From Chloroflexota bacterium (GTDB taxonomy: Bacteria > Chloroflexota > Limnocylindria > Limnocylindrales > CSP1-4): DNA of 56,210 nucleotides. Below are positions 36,532 through 46,582 of the stretch, piece by piece. The stretch is from assembly GCA_039931975.1 (NCBI GenBank), contig JBDTQW010000004.1, forward strand, positions 1-56,210, written 5' to 3'. The notes beneath the pieces were generated by a model that was not told the origin of the DNA, did not search any database, and saw nothing but the letters and a program-made list of their open reading frames with translations. A program made the position numbers and the translations under genes. Numbering within the stretch: the first letter of the stretch is position 1; the number at the start of each line of letters is the position of its first letter.

Positions 36532-37703
36532 CACGCCGTCTTGGTGCTCGCCTCGGCGATGCCCTCCGACTCGAGCCAGCGCTCGGCATCGATCGCTGCG
36601 CGACACCCGTCGCCGGCGGCGGTGACGGCCTGGCGGTAGCGATGGTCATGGACGTCGCCGGCCACGAAGACGCCGGGGATCTTGGTCACGGTGTGGTCGG
36701 ACACGAGCAGGTAGCCCTTCTCGTCGACGTCCAGCCAGTCCCGGAAGACCTCACTGTCGGGCTTGTGGCCGATGGCCACGAACAGGCCATCGGCCGGCAA
36801 CGTTCGCTGCTCGCCGGTGGCTGTGTCGCGCAGCCGAAGCGCCTCGACGCGGGTGTCGCCGAGGACCTCCTCGACCGCGGTGTTGATGTGGATCTGGATC
36901 TTGGGGTGGTTCGCGGCCCGGTCGACCATGATCTTGCTGCCGCGGAACTCGTCACGACGGTGGAGCAGGTGGACCTTATTCGCGAAACGGGTCAGGAAGG
37001 TCGCCTCCTCGAGGGCCGTGTCGCCACCGCCGACCACCGCGATCTCCTTGTCCCGGAAGAAGAAGCCGTCACACGTCGCACAGGCACTGACTCCGCGCCC
37101 ACGGAGCCGGGTCTCGCTGTCCAGGCCGAGCCAGATCGCGCTCGCGCCGGTCGCGATGATGACCGACTCGGCGCGGTATTCGACGCCGCGCGCCCAGAGC
37201 CGGAAGGGCCGCCCCGACAGGTCCACCATCTCGACGTCGACATCGACGATGTGCGAGCCGAACCGCTCGGCCTGCTCGCGGAAGCGGGCCATCAGGTCAG
37301 GACCCTGGATCCCCTCGGGGAAGCCGGGATAGTTCTCCACGTCGCTGGTGATCATCAGCTGGCCGCCGGCGGCCGAACCGGCCAACACGATGGGGGCGAG
37401 GTTGGCCCGGGCGGCGTAGATCGCCGCGGTCAGCCCGGCCGGGCCGGAGCCGACGATGATGACCTTGGACTCGGTCGGCCCCCGGCTCGCGACCGTGTCC
37501 TCGGGACCGCCGACCGCGGCGACCGGCGCGGCGGCGTCGGGCGCGAAGGCGATCGGGCTGACCGCCGCGGCGAGCGGCACGGCCCCCGTATCCCCGCTGA
37601 AGTCGATCGTGAACCCACCGAATGGGTCGGCCGCCGGACTCGCTGCCCTCCCGGAGCCGTTCGGGTCGGTCGTGGGCGTGCTCTTCGTGGTGTCGTCGGT
37701 CAT
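36528..37703 (-). CDS. trxB: Thioredoxin reductase with N-terminal extension
   Basis: [55 protein letters not shown]. Confidence 0.95.
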   Translation of the reverse strand: MTDDTTKSTPTTDPNGSGRAASPAADPFGGFTIDFSGDTGAVPLAAAVSPIAFAPDAAAPVAAVGGPEDTVASRGPTESKVIIVGSGPAGLTAAIYAARANLAPIVLAGSAAGGQLMITSDVENYPGFPEGIQGPDLMARFREQAERFGSHIVDVDVEMVDLSGRPFRLWARGVEYRAESVIIATGASAIWLGLDSETRLRGRGVSACATCDGFFFRDKEIAVVGGGDTALEEATFLTRFANKVHLLHRRDEFRGSKIMVDRAANHPKIQIHINTAVEEVLGDTRVEALRLRDTATGEQRTLPADGLFVAIGHKPDSEVFRDWLDVDEKGYLLVSDHTVTKIPGVFVAGDVHDHRYRQAVTAAGDGCRAAIDAERWLESEGIAEASTKTAW

Positions 37704-37771
37704 GTCGAGCTAAATGGTAGCACGGTCGGGATACCCCCTGGGAGTATACGGGCCCGGTGTCCGCGCGCCCA

Positions 37772-38668
37772 TCAGAGGTCGCGCAGCTGGGGGATCACGT
37801 CCCGCCCGATCAGCTCCAGCTTCGAGGTGTCCTCGACGCCGGTGAGGCTGAAGATCACGTGCTGGGCACCGGCGTCGGCGAGCTCGCCGAACCGGTCCAC
37901 CACCCGGGCCGGGCTCTCGGTGCCGCGTCTGCCATCCGGGCTGACGCTCACGTCCTGGTTGGTCGTCCGCTCGATCTCGTCGTAGTCACGGCCCAGACGC
38001 TCGCAATGCGCCCGCAGCACGGCGTACTTGTGAGCGATCCGGGGACCGTCACCGAAGACGTTCGTGGCGTCGGCGTATTGGGCCACCAGGCGGAGGGTCT
38101 TCTGCTCCCCGCCGCCGCCGATCATGATCCGCGGCCGCGGCCGCGAGAGCGACTGGGGCGAGTTGAGCAGCCGGGTCGCCCGGAACTTCTTGCCTTCGAA
38201 GGCGGCCTCGCTGCCGCGCTCGCCCTGCCACATCCCGTGGGCGATCTGGAGGGTGTCCTCGAGCATGTCGAATCGCTCGCGGAGGGGCGGGAACGGGAAG
38301 CCCAGGGCCCGGCTCTCACTCTCGTTCCAGGCGGCCCCGATGCCCAGCCAGGCCCGGCCGCCGGACAGGACGTCGAGCGTGGTCGTCGCCTTGATCCACA
38401 GCCCTGGGTAGCGGTAATGCACCCCTCCGACCATCAGCCCGAGGCTGACTCGTTTGGTGTGGCCGGCGAGGAACCCGAGGGCGGTCATGCCCTCGAGCAT
38501 CGGCTCTTCCTCGGGTCCGTTCCCCCGGATCTGGAAGAAGTGATCCATCACCCAGACCGAGTCGAAGCCGACATCCTCGGCGGTCTTCGCCACCCGGACC
38601 AGCGTCGGGCCGATCTCGGCCGCCCCGCCGGGCCAGGTGAACGAGCCGATCTGCAGGCCGATCTTCAC
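37772..38668 (-). CDS. LLM-class F420-dependent oxidoreductase
   Basis: GFDSVWVMDHFFQI, TTLDVLSGGRAWLGIGAAW, MIGGGGEQKTLRLVAQYAD. Adjacent to cof genes. Confidence 0.92.
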   Translation of the reverse strand: MKIGLQIGSFTWPGGAAEIGPTLVRVAKTAEDVGFDSVWVMDHFFQIRGNGPEEEPMLEGMTALGFLAGHTKRVSLGLMVGGVHYRYPGLWIKATTTLDVLSGGRAWLGIGAAWNESESRALGFPFPPLRERFDMLEDTLQIAHGMWQGERGSEAAFEGKKFRATRLLNSPQSLSRPRPRIMIGGGGEQKTLRLVAQYADATNVFGDGPRIAHKYAVLRAHCERLGRDYDEIERTTNQDVSVSPDGRRGTESPARVVDRFGELADAGAQHVIFSLTGVEDTSKLELIGRDVIPQLRDL

Positions 38669-38734
38669 GCCGGGACACCTCGTGGCACGGCGCGCGATCC
38701 AGGCCGCACGCCAGATGGTTGCAGGGTAAACGAG

Positions 38735-39520
38735 TTAGCGGAAGAGGTCCGACTCGCCGGGGATGAGCGCCTCGCGGATGGTCCCTTCGCCGGCTGGCGG
38801 GTGCGCACCGCGGACGATCGCGACCGGCCGACCGGCGGATTTGCCCAGGGCGAGCTCGGCGGCCGAGGCGATCTCGTCGGCCGCCGCCCGGACCGTCGAC
38901 CGCATCGTCCGGCCGTCCGCGTCGGGAGTGCCGCGCAGGTCCTCGAGCGGTGTCATGCCCGAGACCCCGATCGCGACGTCGACGATCCCCCAGCGCCAGG
39001 GCCGACCGAACGAATCCGAGACGATCACCGCCAGGTCCAGCCCGATCCGCTCGCGGACCGCCGTTCGGATCCGGCCGGCCGAGGCGTCGGGATCGACCGG
39101 CAGGAGCGTCACGATCGAGCCCGTGTCCGGACCGACGTTGCTGGCGTCGACCCCGCCGTTGGCGCACACGAACCCGTGGGCGGTCTCGGTGATGATCACC
39201 CCGTTCGCCATCCGGACCACCCGGCGCGCCTCGCGCAACACGACCTCGACCTGGCGCGGGTCGCGATCCCAACGCTCGGCGAAGGCGACCGCCTCGGGTC
39301 GTGGCTCGACGCTCGTCAGATCGACGATGGCGCCCTCGGCCTTGGACACGATCTTCTGGGTCACCACCAGGACGTCATCGTTGCGCAGGGGGCCGAACGG
39401 GCCGGCGTGGAGCTCGGCCAGGCGCTCCGCGAGCAGGGCCGGGAGGTCGTCGCCGGGTCGGATCTCGGGGATCCCGTCGAGGGCGACGACCTCGACGCGG
39501 CTCGGCAGGTCAGCCGACAT
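38735..39520 (-). CDS. cofE: Coenzyme F420-0:L-glutamate ligase (single domain)
   Basis: GIPEIRPGDDL, VVTQKIVSKAEG, GFVCANGGVDASN, LLPVDPDASA, SDSFGRPWR, DLFR. Confidence 0.94.
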   Translation of the reverse strand: MSADLPSRVEVVALDGIPEIRPGDDLPALLAERLAELHAGPFGPLRNDDVLVVTQKIVSKAEGAIVDLTSVEPRPEAVAFAERWDRDPRQVEVVLREARRVVRMANGVIITETAHGFVCANGGVDASNVGPDTGSIVTLLPVDPDASAGRIRTAVRERIGLDLAVIVSDSFGRPWRWGIVDVAIGVSGMTPLEDLRGTPDADGRTMRSTVRAAADEIASAAELALGKSAGRPVAIVRGAHPPAGEGTIREALIPGESDLFR

Positions 39521-40205
39521 GCGCCCGGTCGAGCAGGCCGAGCTCCTCGGCCAGGATGAGGTCGTCGGGCAGATCCAGGTCGAGGCTCAGCGGCCCATCG
39601 AGCTCGACCGTTGCCGCGCCCGCCGCCTTCGCTTCGGCCAGGTGCGCGGCGCGGCTGCCTGACCCGAACGCGAACGGGATGACATCGGGCGGGCTGACGA
39701 GGAGGACGTTCGTACCGCGGCCGTGGCGGTCGGCGACCAGGGCCACCAGGGGACGGCCGGGCTCGAGTGCGCCGGCCGCGCCGGCGACCACCGCGTCGAT
39801 GGTCTCGACCGAGATCGCGGGCAGGTCGCCGGCCAGGATCAGCAGCGCAGTCGCGCCGTCGGCCACCGCCCAACGCGCCGCGGCCCGGAGACCCTCGTTG
39901 AGGCCTCTGTCGACCTGGCGGACCGGGCTGGCTCCGGCCGCGCTGGCCACCCGGAGCGAGGCCGGATCCGGGCTGACCGCGACGACCGAGGCGACGCTCG
40001 AGGCGGCGCCAGCGGCGCGGACGGTCCGGTCCAGCAGCTCGACCACGAGCTGCTGCCGTTCCTCGGCGTCGAGCCGATCGCCCAGGCGCGACTTGGCGCC
40101 CTCGAGCGAGCCCACGGGTACGATCGCAGTGATGCGGCTGAGGTCGGCGCTGGCGCGGTCTTGGGCGCTCCCGCGGTCTTGGGCGCGCGCGGGGTCTTCG
40201 GTCAT
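39510..40205 (-). CDS. cofC: 2-phospho-L-lactate/PEP guanylyltransferase (CofC/FbiD)
   Basis: AIVPV...AKSRL, GLN, ILAGDLP, DRHGRGTN, FGSGSRAAH, DLDLPDDL. ATG 40205 with TACGAT 7 nt upstream. Confidence 0.92.
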   Translation of the reverse strand: MTEDPARAQDRGSAQDRASADLSRITAIVPVGSLEGAKSRLGDRLDAEERQQLVVELLDRTVRAAGAASSVASVVAVSPDPASLRVASAAGASPVRQVDRGLNEGLRAAARWAVADGATALLILAGDLPAISVETIDAVVAGAAGALEPGRPLVALVADRHGRGTNVLLVSPPDVIPFAFGSGSRAAHLAEAKAAGAATVELDGPLSLDLDLPDDLILAEELGLLDRAHVG

Positions 40206-40245
40206 GGCCGCCATCGTAGACGCTCGGTCGCGCCTGGCTTCGGGC

Positions 40246-41196
40246 TCAGCCCGCGCCTCCGAGGCGTTCGGCGAAGGCCAGCGTCTCGCCGGCCACGCGG
40301 GCTCGGGCCGCGTCATCGGCCATGATCGTGTCGGTGACCAGGGTGGTCATTCCGAGGGCCGCGATCGCGGGCTCGAGCGCCGCGTCGACCGTATCCAGCA
40401 CGAACCCGTCGATCAGTCCGGCGTAGATCCGGGCGACGCCCAGGGCGCTCGACTCGTGGCCGAGCGAGACGAGCATCCGGTCGGCCGGTCCCTTGAGCGC
40501 CTGCCCGCCGACGATCCCGGAAACGGCCACGACCGGGGCGCCGCGGGCTCGCACGTTTGCCAAGGCGTCGAGGAGGCCGGGCACGGCCAGGATCGGTCCG
40601 ACCGACACGATCGGGTTCGAGGGCGCGACGACCACCGCGCGGGCCGAAGCCAGGGACTCCAGGACCTCCGGCGTCGGCCGCGCGGCGTCGATCCCCAAGA
40701 AGCGGACCTCATGGACCGTCGGCGCCTGGTGCCGATGGACGAAGTACTCCTGGAACTCGAGCCAGCCGTCGTCGCTGCGGATCTCGGTCCGGACCGGCCC
40801 GTCGGTCATGGGCAGGATCCGGGCCGCGATCCCGAGCGAGCGCTGGAGACCCAGAGCGACCTCGGTCGGGCGCGCGCCGGCCTTGAGCCGCGCCGTGCGC
40901 ACGATGTGCGCGGCCAGATCGCGGTCGCCCAGGCGGAACCAGGTCTCCTCACCGTAGACCTCGAGCTGCTCGGCGACGGCGTAGGTCTCGCCCCGGATCC
41001 CCCAGCCTTGTGCGCGATCGTCAAGCCCGGCCAGGTTGTAGAGGACGGTGTCGTGGTCGGGCCAGACCAGCAGCCCGTGGCGCTCAACGTCGTCTCCGGT
41101 GTTGACGATGACCGACAGTTCCGAGCCGACCAGCGCCTGGACGCCATGGGCCAGCTTGGCGCCGCCAACGCCGCCCGCCAGGACGGCGACGGTCAC
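40246..41196 (-). CDS. cofD: 2-phospho-L-lactate transferase (CofD/FbiA)
   Basis: LAGGVGGAK, VNTGDD, PDHDTVLY, WFRLGDRDLA, FQEYFV, PSNPIVS, KGPADRM. Confidence 0.95.
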   Translation of the reverse strand: MTVAVLAGGVGGAKLAHGVQALVGSELSVIVNTGDDVERHGLLVWPDHDTVLYNLAGLDDRAQGWGIRGETYAVAEQLEVYGEETWFRLGDRDLAAHIVRTARLKAGARPTEVALGLQRSLGIAARILPMTDGPVRTEIRSDDGWLEFQEYFVHRHQAPTVHEVRFLGIDAARPTPEVLESLASARAVVVAPSNPIVSVGPILAVPGLLDALANVRARGAPVVAVSGIVGGQALKGPADRMLVSLGHESSALGVARIYAGLIDGFVLDTVDAALEPAIAALGMTTLVTDTIMADDAARARVAGETLAFAERLGGAG

Positions 41197-42164
41197 CCGG
41201 CCGGCTCGGCGACGGCCAGCTTGTCGAGCGCGGTGCGGACCTCGCCGATCCGGGCCAATGTCTCGGTGTCGAACGGCGCGGGCAACCGGACGATGACGGT
41301 GCCGAACCCGAGCCGGCGATAGGGCAGGATGGCTGCGGCGATCTCACTCGGCGGGCCGAGCAGCACAGGGACGTTCATGCCGGCGATGCCGCCGTCGACG
41401 CGGTTGTGATCGAGGAGGCCGTTCATGGTCCTCTCGGCCTCCGCCGGGTCGTCCCGGATGACGATAGGAAAGCTGACCGTGCGCTCGATCGTCTCGGGAT
41501 CGCGTCCGACCGCGGCGCAATGTTCGCGCAGGATCGCGTCGCGAGCGGTCACCTCCTCGAGTGTGCCCGAGGTGTTCCAGGCATCCCCGTGGCGGGCAAC
41601 CGTGCGGAGCGTCTTCTTCGGCCCGGAACCGCCGATGAGGATGGGCAGGTGGGCCTGGATCGGCCTGGGCAGTTGCTCGGCCTCGTGGAACCGGTAGGCC
41701 GGGCCTTCGTGGTCGACCATCTCGCCGTCCAGCAGCCGGCGGATGATCCCGACCGCCTCGTCGAGCCGATCGAGCCGCTCGCCGACGGTCGCCCCGAAGT
41801 CGATCCCGTGAGCGTCGTGCTCGCGCTCGAACCAGGCCCCGCCGATGCCCAGGATCGCTCGCCCGTCGCTGATGTGGTCGAGGGTCGTGGCGAGCTTGGC
41901 CGTGTGCCCCGGATTGCGGAAGGTGTTGGCGCCGACCATCAGCCCGAGCCGGATCCGCGACGTGAGCGCCGCCCACGCGGCGAGGCTCGCCCAGCCCTCG
42001 AAGATCGACTGGCGCCACGGGCCCTGGATGGCCATGAGGTGATCCCAGGTCCAGAGCGAATCCCAGCCCGCCGCCTCGGCCTCGAGGGCCGCGGCCCGGA
42101 ACCGTGGCCAGTCACTGGCCTGTGACCAGAGCTGGGCGCCGAACTGGGTGGTGGTCTCCGTCAT
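41193..42164 (-). CDS. LLM-class (probably F420-dependent) oxidoreductase
   Basis: GWDSLWTWDHL, VGANTFRNP, TLDHISDGRAILGIG, IGGSGPKKTL. Start ATG 42164 (TACCAT 7 nt upstream). Confidence 0.92.
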   Translation of the reverse strand: MTETTTQFGAQLWSQASDWPRFRAAALEAEAAGWDSLWTWDHLMAIQGPWRQSIFEGWASLAAWAALTSRIRLGLMVGANTFRNPGHTAKLATTLDHISDGRAILGIGGAWFEREHDAHGIDFGATVGERLDRLDEAVGIIRRLLDGEMVDHEGPAYRFHEAEQLPRPIQAHLPILIGGSGPKKTLRTVARHGDAWNTSGTLEEVTARDAILREHCAAVGRDPETIERTVSFPIVIRDDPAEAERTMNGLLDHNRVDGGIAGMNVPVLLGPPSEIAAAILPYRRLGFGTVIVRLPAPFDTETLARIGEVRTALDKLAVAEPAG

Positions 42165-42430
42165 GAACGCGATGGTAGACGGGCGGGCTCCGACGCGGGT
42201 CCGGACCCGCAAGAGGCCATCACGGAGCGTTGTCCGAGCGTTGACGAAGAGGCCTTGACGCGGCGGCCCGTGGGGCTGGCACAATGCACCCGACGAGGGT
42301 GCTCGCCCGGGGGCGCCGGGCCCCGTCACCTGCAGCGCGACATGCGCAAAGAGTCCGGAGGAGGAGACGTCCACGGCGTCGACCCGCGAAGCAGGGAGTC
42401 ACACCAAACGGATTAGTGGGAGACATCGAG

Positions 42431-43618
42431 TTGCTGAACAAGCACGCGCTCCGGCTGGGGGTCATCGGGACCACAGCCATCCTCATCCTGTCCGCTTGTA
42501 CATCGAGCGGCGGTAGCACCGCAACAGCAGGCGCGCCCACGGTGGCACCTTCTGGGGCGGCCCCCTCGGCCGCCGCCAGCGCCGCTGGCGATCCAAAGAC
42601 CGCCACCTCGGCGGCCGACGTCGGTGGCGTCGACGCCATCTGTGCCGCCGGCAAGGCCGAAGGCCAGGTAAACCTCATCGCGACTCCGCCCGACTGGGCG
42701 AACTACGGCCAGATGATCACGGACTTCCAGACCAAGTACGGGATCAAGGTCAAGTCGGACCAGCCCGACGTCGACAGCGCGGCCGAGATCAAGGCGGCGA
42801 ACGACCTCGCCGGCACGGGCCGCCAGCCCGACATCTTCGACCTTACGACGGCGGTGACCACGGCCAACACCGACAAGCTCGCGCCGTACAAGGCGGCCAC
42901 CTGGGCCGACATCCCCGACGTCAACAAGGAGCCGACCGGGCTCTGGACCAACAACTACACCGGCTTCCAGAGCATCAGCTACGACACGAGCCTCGGCGAC
43001 ATCACTAAGGTTGCAGACCTCGCCGATCCCAAGTACAAGGGCAAGGTCGCCCTCAACGGCGATCCGCTCAAGTCCGGGGCCGGCTTCAACGGTGTCGTCC
43101 TCGCTGCGCTGGCCAACGGCGGCTCGGCGGACAACATCGCGCCCGGCGTCGACTTCTTCAAGAAGCTGGCCGATTCCGGCAACCTGATCCCGGTCGACCC
43201 GGCCCCCGCGACGATCGCGGCAGGCACGACCCCGATCGTGATCGACTGGACCTACAACGAGACTGCGCAGATCGCCAAGGTTGCGCCTAAGGGGATCACC
43301 TGGAAGGTGGTCGTGCCGACGGACGCGCCGCCCGTCGCGTCGTACTACAACGAGGCGATCAACAAGGACGCAGCGCATCCCGCCGCGGCTCGTTGCTGGG
43401 TCGAGTACGTCCTCTCGGATGCCGGCCAGAACACGTGGCTCACGGGCGGCGCACTGCCGGTCCGACTCATCGCCATGCAGAAGGCCGGGACCCTCGACCA
43501 GACGGCGCTCGCCGCGATGAATCCGCCGACGACCTCTCCGGTCCAGCTGACCCAGGCCCAGGTCGAAGCGGCCACGAAGTACCTCACCGACAACTGGAAG
43601 TTCATCTCGATCAAATAG
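42431..43618 (+). CDS. ABC importer substrate-binding lipoprotein (PotD/AfuA-like)
   Basis: TTG 42431 with GGAGA SD, lipobox LSAC, PPDWANYG, YKGKVALNGDP, DWTYN, AAHPAAAR. Confidence 0.88.
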   Translation: MLNKHALRLGVIGTTAILILSACTSSGGSTATAGAPTVAPSGAAPSAAASAAGDPKTATSAADVGGVDAICAAGKAEGQVNLIATPPDWANYGQMITDFQTKYGIKVKSDQPDVDSAAEIKAANDLAGTGRQPDIFDLTTAVTTANTDKLAPYKAATWADIPDVNKEPTGLWTNNYTGFQSISYDTSLGDITKVADLADPKYKGKVALNGDPLKSGAGFNGVVLAALANGGSADNIAPGVDFFKKLADSGNLIPVDPAPATIAAGTTPIVIDWTYNETAQIAKVAPKGITWKVVVPTDAPPVASYYNEAINKDAAHPAAARCWVEYVLSDAGQNTWLTGGALPVRLIAMQKAGTLDQTALAAMNPPTTSPVQLTQAQVEAATKYLTDNWKFISIK

Positions 43619-43634
43619 CCCAGACCAGAGCCTG

Positions 43635-44579
43635 GTGGCTCCCGTGCCCGAGACGCCGGCCTCCACGCCGGCCTCGTCCGGCTCGAGCGCGGCCAGCCCC
43701 GTCATCGACGGGGCTGGCCCACGTCGCCTGCGCGGAGCACCGAACTACCTCGCGTTCCTCCCGTTCCTCGCGTTCGTCGGACTCTTCCTGATCGTCCCGA
43801 CCCTGGTCGTGGCGGTCGGCGCGATCACCTCCACCAAGGGCGGGTTTACGCTCGACAACGTTTCCCGGTTGTTCACCGACGAGGTGTTCGTCAGTGCCTT
43901 CATGAGGTCGATCCAGCTGGCCGTCGGTACGGCGATCATCGGCGCGATCTTCGGCGCGCTCCTCGCCTGGGCCGTCGCTCGGGGTGACCCGAATGGCCAG
44001 CTCCGCCAGGTCGTCTTGGCGGCATCGGGCGTGCTCGCCCAGTTCGGCGGGGTCATGCTCGCCTTCGCCTTCCTGGCGACTTTCGCCGGGACTGGCCTGG
44101 TGACCCTGTTCTTCAAGAACATCCTCCACGTCGGTGTCCCCTATGACACGACCTGGCTGTTTGGTCTGACCGGGCTTGCCGTCGTATACGCCTACTTCCA
44201 GATCCCGCTGATGCTGATCGTCTTCCTGCCCTCGCTCGACGGCCTTCGCCAGGAGTGGTATGACGCGTCGGCGAGCCTGGGCGGGGGCAGCTGGGCCTTC
44301 TGGCGGCACGTCGGCGGGCCGATCCTGGCACCGAGCTTCCTGGGTGCGCTGCTGCTGCTCTTCACCAACGCCTTCTCGGCCTACGCCACCGCAGCGGCCC
44401 TGGTCAGCCAGGGCAGCCCGATCATCACCCTCCAGATCTCCAACCAGCTCCAGAGCGAGGTCGTCCTTGGCCAGGAGAACGTTGGCAAAGCGCTGGCGCT
44501 CGGCATGATCATCGTCGTTTCGCTGGTGATGGCCGCCTATGCGTTCATCCAGCGACGCGCCTCGCGGTGGGTCCGATGA
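43635..44579 (+). CDS. ABC importer permease 1
   Basis: Six TM segments, FGGVMLAFAF, YFQIPLM, EW.DASASLG (EAA loop), NAFSAYAT. Confidence 0.9.
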   Translation: MAPVPETPASTPASSGSSAASPVIDGAGPRRLRGAPNYLAFLPFLAFVGLFLIVPTLVVAVGAITSTKGGFTLDNVSRLFTDEVFVSAFMRSIQLAVGTAIIGAIFGALLAWAVARGDPNGQLRQVVLAASGVLAQFGGVMLAFAFLATFAGTGLVTLFFKNILHVGVPYDTTWLFGLTGLAVVYAYFQIPLMLIVFLPSLDGLRQEWYDASASLGGGSWAFWRHVGGPILAPSFLGALLLLFTNAFSAYATAAALVSQGSPIITLQISNQLQSEVVLGQENVGKALALGMIIVVSLVMAAYAFIQRRASRWVR

Positions 44580-45469
44580 CCGCACCAGAAGGCGTCTTCC
44601 TCGGTGCCGCCGGCCCCGAAGGGGGTGACCTTCTAACCCGGCCAAGGGGCGCCGGGCACGGTCGCCGTGGATCCAAGCCGCAGCTCGGTGCGCGGATCGC
44701 GATCGTCGTCCTGGTCTTCGGCTACCTCCTCCTGCCGCTGGTCGCAATGCTCGAGTTCTCGACCAGGGGCGATTACGGCAGCCGGAGCCTCGATGCGTTT
44801 GCGGCGATCTTCACGTACCCGGACCTCGTCGACGGCATCACCACGTCGCTCGAGATCGCCGTCCTGACGGTCTTCGGAATGCTCCTCCTGCTCGTTCCGA
44901 CGATGGTCTGGACGGTCGTCCGCGTACGGCGGATGCGCCGGGTCATCGAGTTCCTGTGCCTGCTACCGCTGGCGATCCCGGCCATCGTCATCGTCGTGGG
45001 TATTGCTCCCATCTACCACTGGATGGGCACGCACCTCGGTGGGGTGGGGGGGTCGCCGCTGACCCTCGCCCTCATCGACATCATCCTCGTGCTGCCATAC
45101 GCCTACCGGGCCATCGACTCCGGCCTCCGGACGGTCGACGTCGCGACGCTCGCTGACGCGGCCCGCAGCCTGGGCGCCGGCTGGCCGAGGACGATCCTCC
45201 AGGTGATCGTCCCGAACATCCGGGGCGGGATCCTGGCGGCCTCCGTCCTGGCCGTGGCCCTCGTCCTCGGCGAGTACACCATCTCGTCGCTGCTGTCGTT
45301 CGACACGCTCCAGGTCGTCATCTTCCTGCTCGGCAAGCGCGATCCGTTCGTGTCGGTCGCAGTCTCTCTGTCCGCCCTCGTCTTCGCCTTCGTCCTGCTC
45401 TACATCATCGCCCGCTTCGGCGCCGGATCGCGCGCCGAGCAAGCCGCCGAGGAGGAGCCCGTCACATGA
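44576..45469 (+). CDS. ABC importer permease 2
   Basis: LPYAYRAID...DAARSLGA, LVLGEYTISSLL. ATGA overlap. Confidence 0.9.
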   Translation: MTAPEGVFLGAAGPEGGDLLTRPRGAGHGRRGSKPQLGARIAIVVLVFGYLLLPLVAMLEFSTRGDYGSRSLDAFAAIFTYPDLVDGITTSLEIAVLTVFGMLLLLVPTMVWTVVRVRRMRRVIEFLCLLPLAIPAIVIVVGIAPIYHWMGTHLGGVGGSPLTLALIDIILVLPYAYRAIDSGLRTVDVATLADAARSLGAGWPRTILQVIVPNIRGGILAASVLAVALVLGEYTISSLLSFDTLQVVIFLLGKRDPFVSVAVSLSALVFAFVLLYIIARFGAGSRAEQAAEEEPVT

Positions 45470-46539
45470 CCGCTACGACCGCGGGGACCGCCACGGCCGA
45501 GCGTGCCGGAGTCGCCGTCCAGTTCCAGGACCTGCACCGCTGGTACGGCCAGGTTCACGCCCTCGACGGACTCACGATCGACATCGCCCCAGGCGAGCTC
45601 GTCGCCCTCCTCGGGCCGTCCGGCTGCGGCAAGACGACGGCGCTGCGGGCCCTCGGGGGGCTGGACGAGGTCGACGCCGGCCGGATCCTCGTCGACGGCA
45701 AGGACATGACCCACGTCCCCGCGAATAGGCGCGGGATGGGCATCGTGTTCCAAGCGTACAGCTTGTTCCCGAACATGACCTCGATCGAGAACGTGGCCTA
45801 CGGGCTGCGCCTTCGGGGTGTCGGGAAGGACAAGCGCCGCGAGCGGGCGGGCGAGATGCTCGAGCTCGTCGGCCTCGCGAAGCAGGCCGATCGGTACCCC
45901 TACCAGATGTCGGGCGGTCAGCAGCAGCGCGTGGCTCTCGCGCGCGCCCTGGCTATCCAGCCGAAGGTGCTCCTCCTCGACGAGCCCCTGTCGGCGCTCG
46001 ATGCGAAGGTGCGTCGGCAGCTGCGCGAGGAGATCCGTCGCATCCAAATCGCGGTCGGCACGACCACCCTGTTCGTCACCCATGACCAGGAGGAGGCGCT
46101 CGCCCTGGGCGATCGGGTCGGGGTCATGTCAGCCGGCAAGCTCGAGCAGATCGCAACGCCGACCGAGCTCTACGAACGGCCGCGGACCGCCTTCGTCGCA
46201 GAGTTCGTCGGTCTGACGAACCGAATGCGCGGGATCGCCGATGCCGGGGCCGTGCAGATGCTCGGCGCCCGGGTGCCGCTCCTCGACGGATCGGCCGGCC
46301 CCGGTCCGGTGGTCGCCCTGGTGCGCCCGGAATCGGTGAAGCTGACGCCGGAAGACGGCGCGAGCGCCCGCGTCCTTGCGGTCAGCTTCCTCGGCTCGCT
46401 CGGTCGGGTGCAGGTCGAGCTTCCGGACGGCGACGTGGTCGTCGCCCAGATGGCCGCATCCGAGATGGCCGGCCTGGCGCCAGGGGTGCCCGTTCGGGTG
46501 ACCGTGGCGGCGTCGCCCGTGTTCGCCGTCGCGGCCTGA
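45466..46539 (+). CDS. ABC importer ATP-binding subunit (PotA-like, TOBE domain)
   Basis: GPSGCGKTT, VFQAYSLFP, MSGGQQQR, LLDEPLSALD, VTHDQEEA. Confidence 0.94.
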   Translation: MTATTAGTATAERAGVAVQFQDLHRWYGQVHALDGLTIDIAPGELVALLGPSGCGKTTALRALGGLDEVDAGRILVDGKDMTHVPANRRGMGIVFQAYSLFPNMTSIENVAYGLRLRGVGKDKRRERAGEMLELVGLAKQADRYPYQMSGGQQQRVALARALAIQPKVLLLDEPLSALDAKVRRQLREEIRRIQIAVGTTTLFVTHDQEEALALGDRVGVMSAGKLEQIATPTELYERPRTAFVAEFVGLTNRMRGIADAGAVQMLGARVPLLDGSAGPGPVVALVRPESVKLTPEDGASARVLAVSFLGSLGRVQVELPDGDVVVAQMAASEMAGLAPGVPVRVTVAASPVFAVAA

Positions 46540-46582
46540 ATGGGGCTCGGGTCGCGCGCGTCACCCGCGTGATCGACCGACG

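Noticed and set aside
40155-40186. 14-nt direct repeat GCGGTCTTGGGCGC (AQDR twice) in the cofC N-terminus
   Set aside because: Two copies in frame within a low-complexity leader. A simple duplication, not an array.
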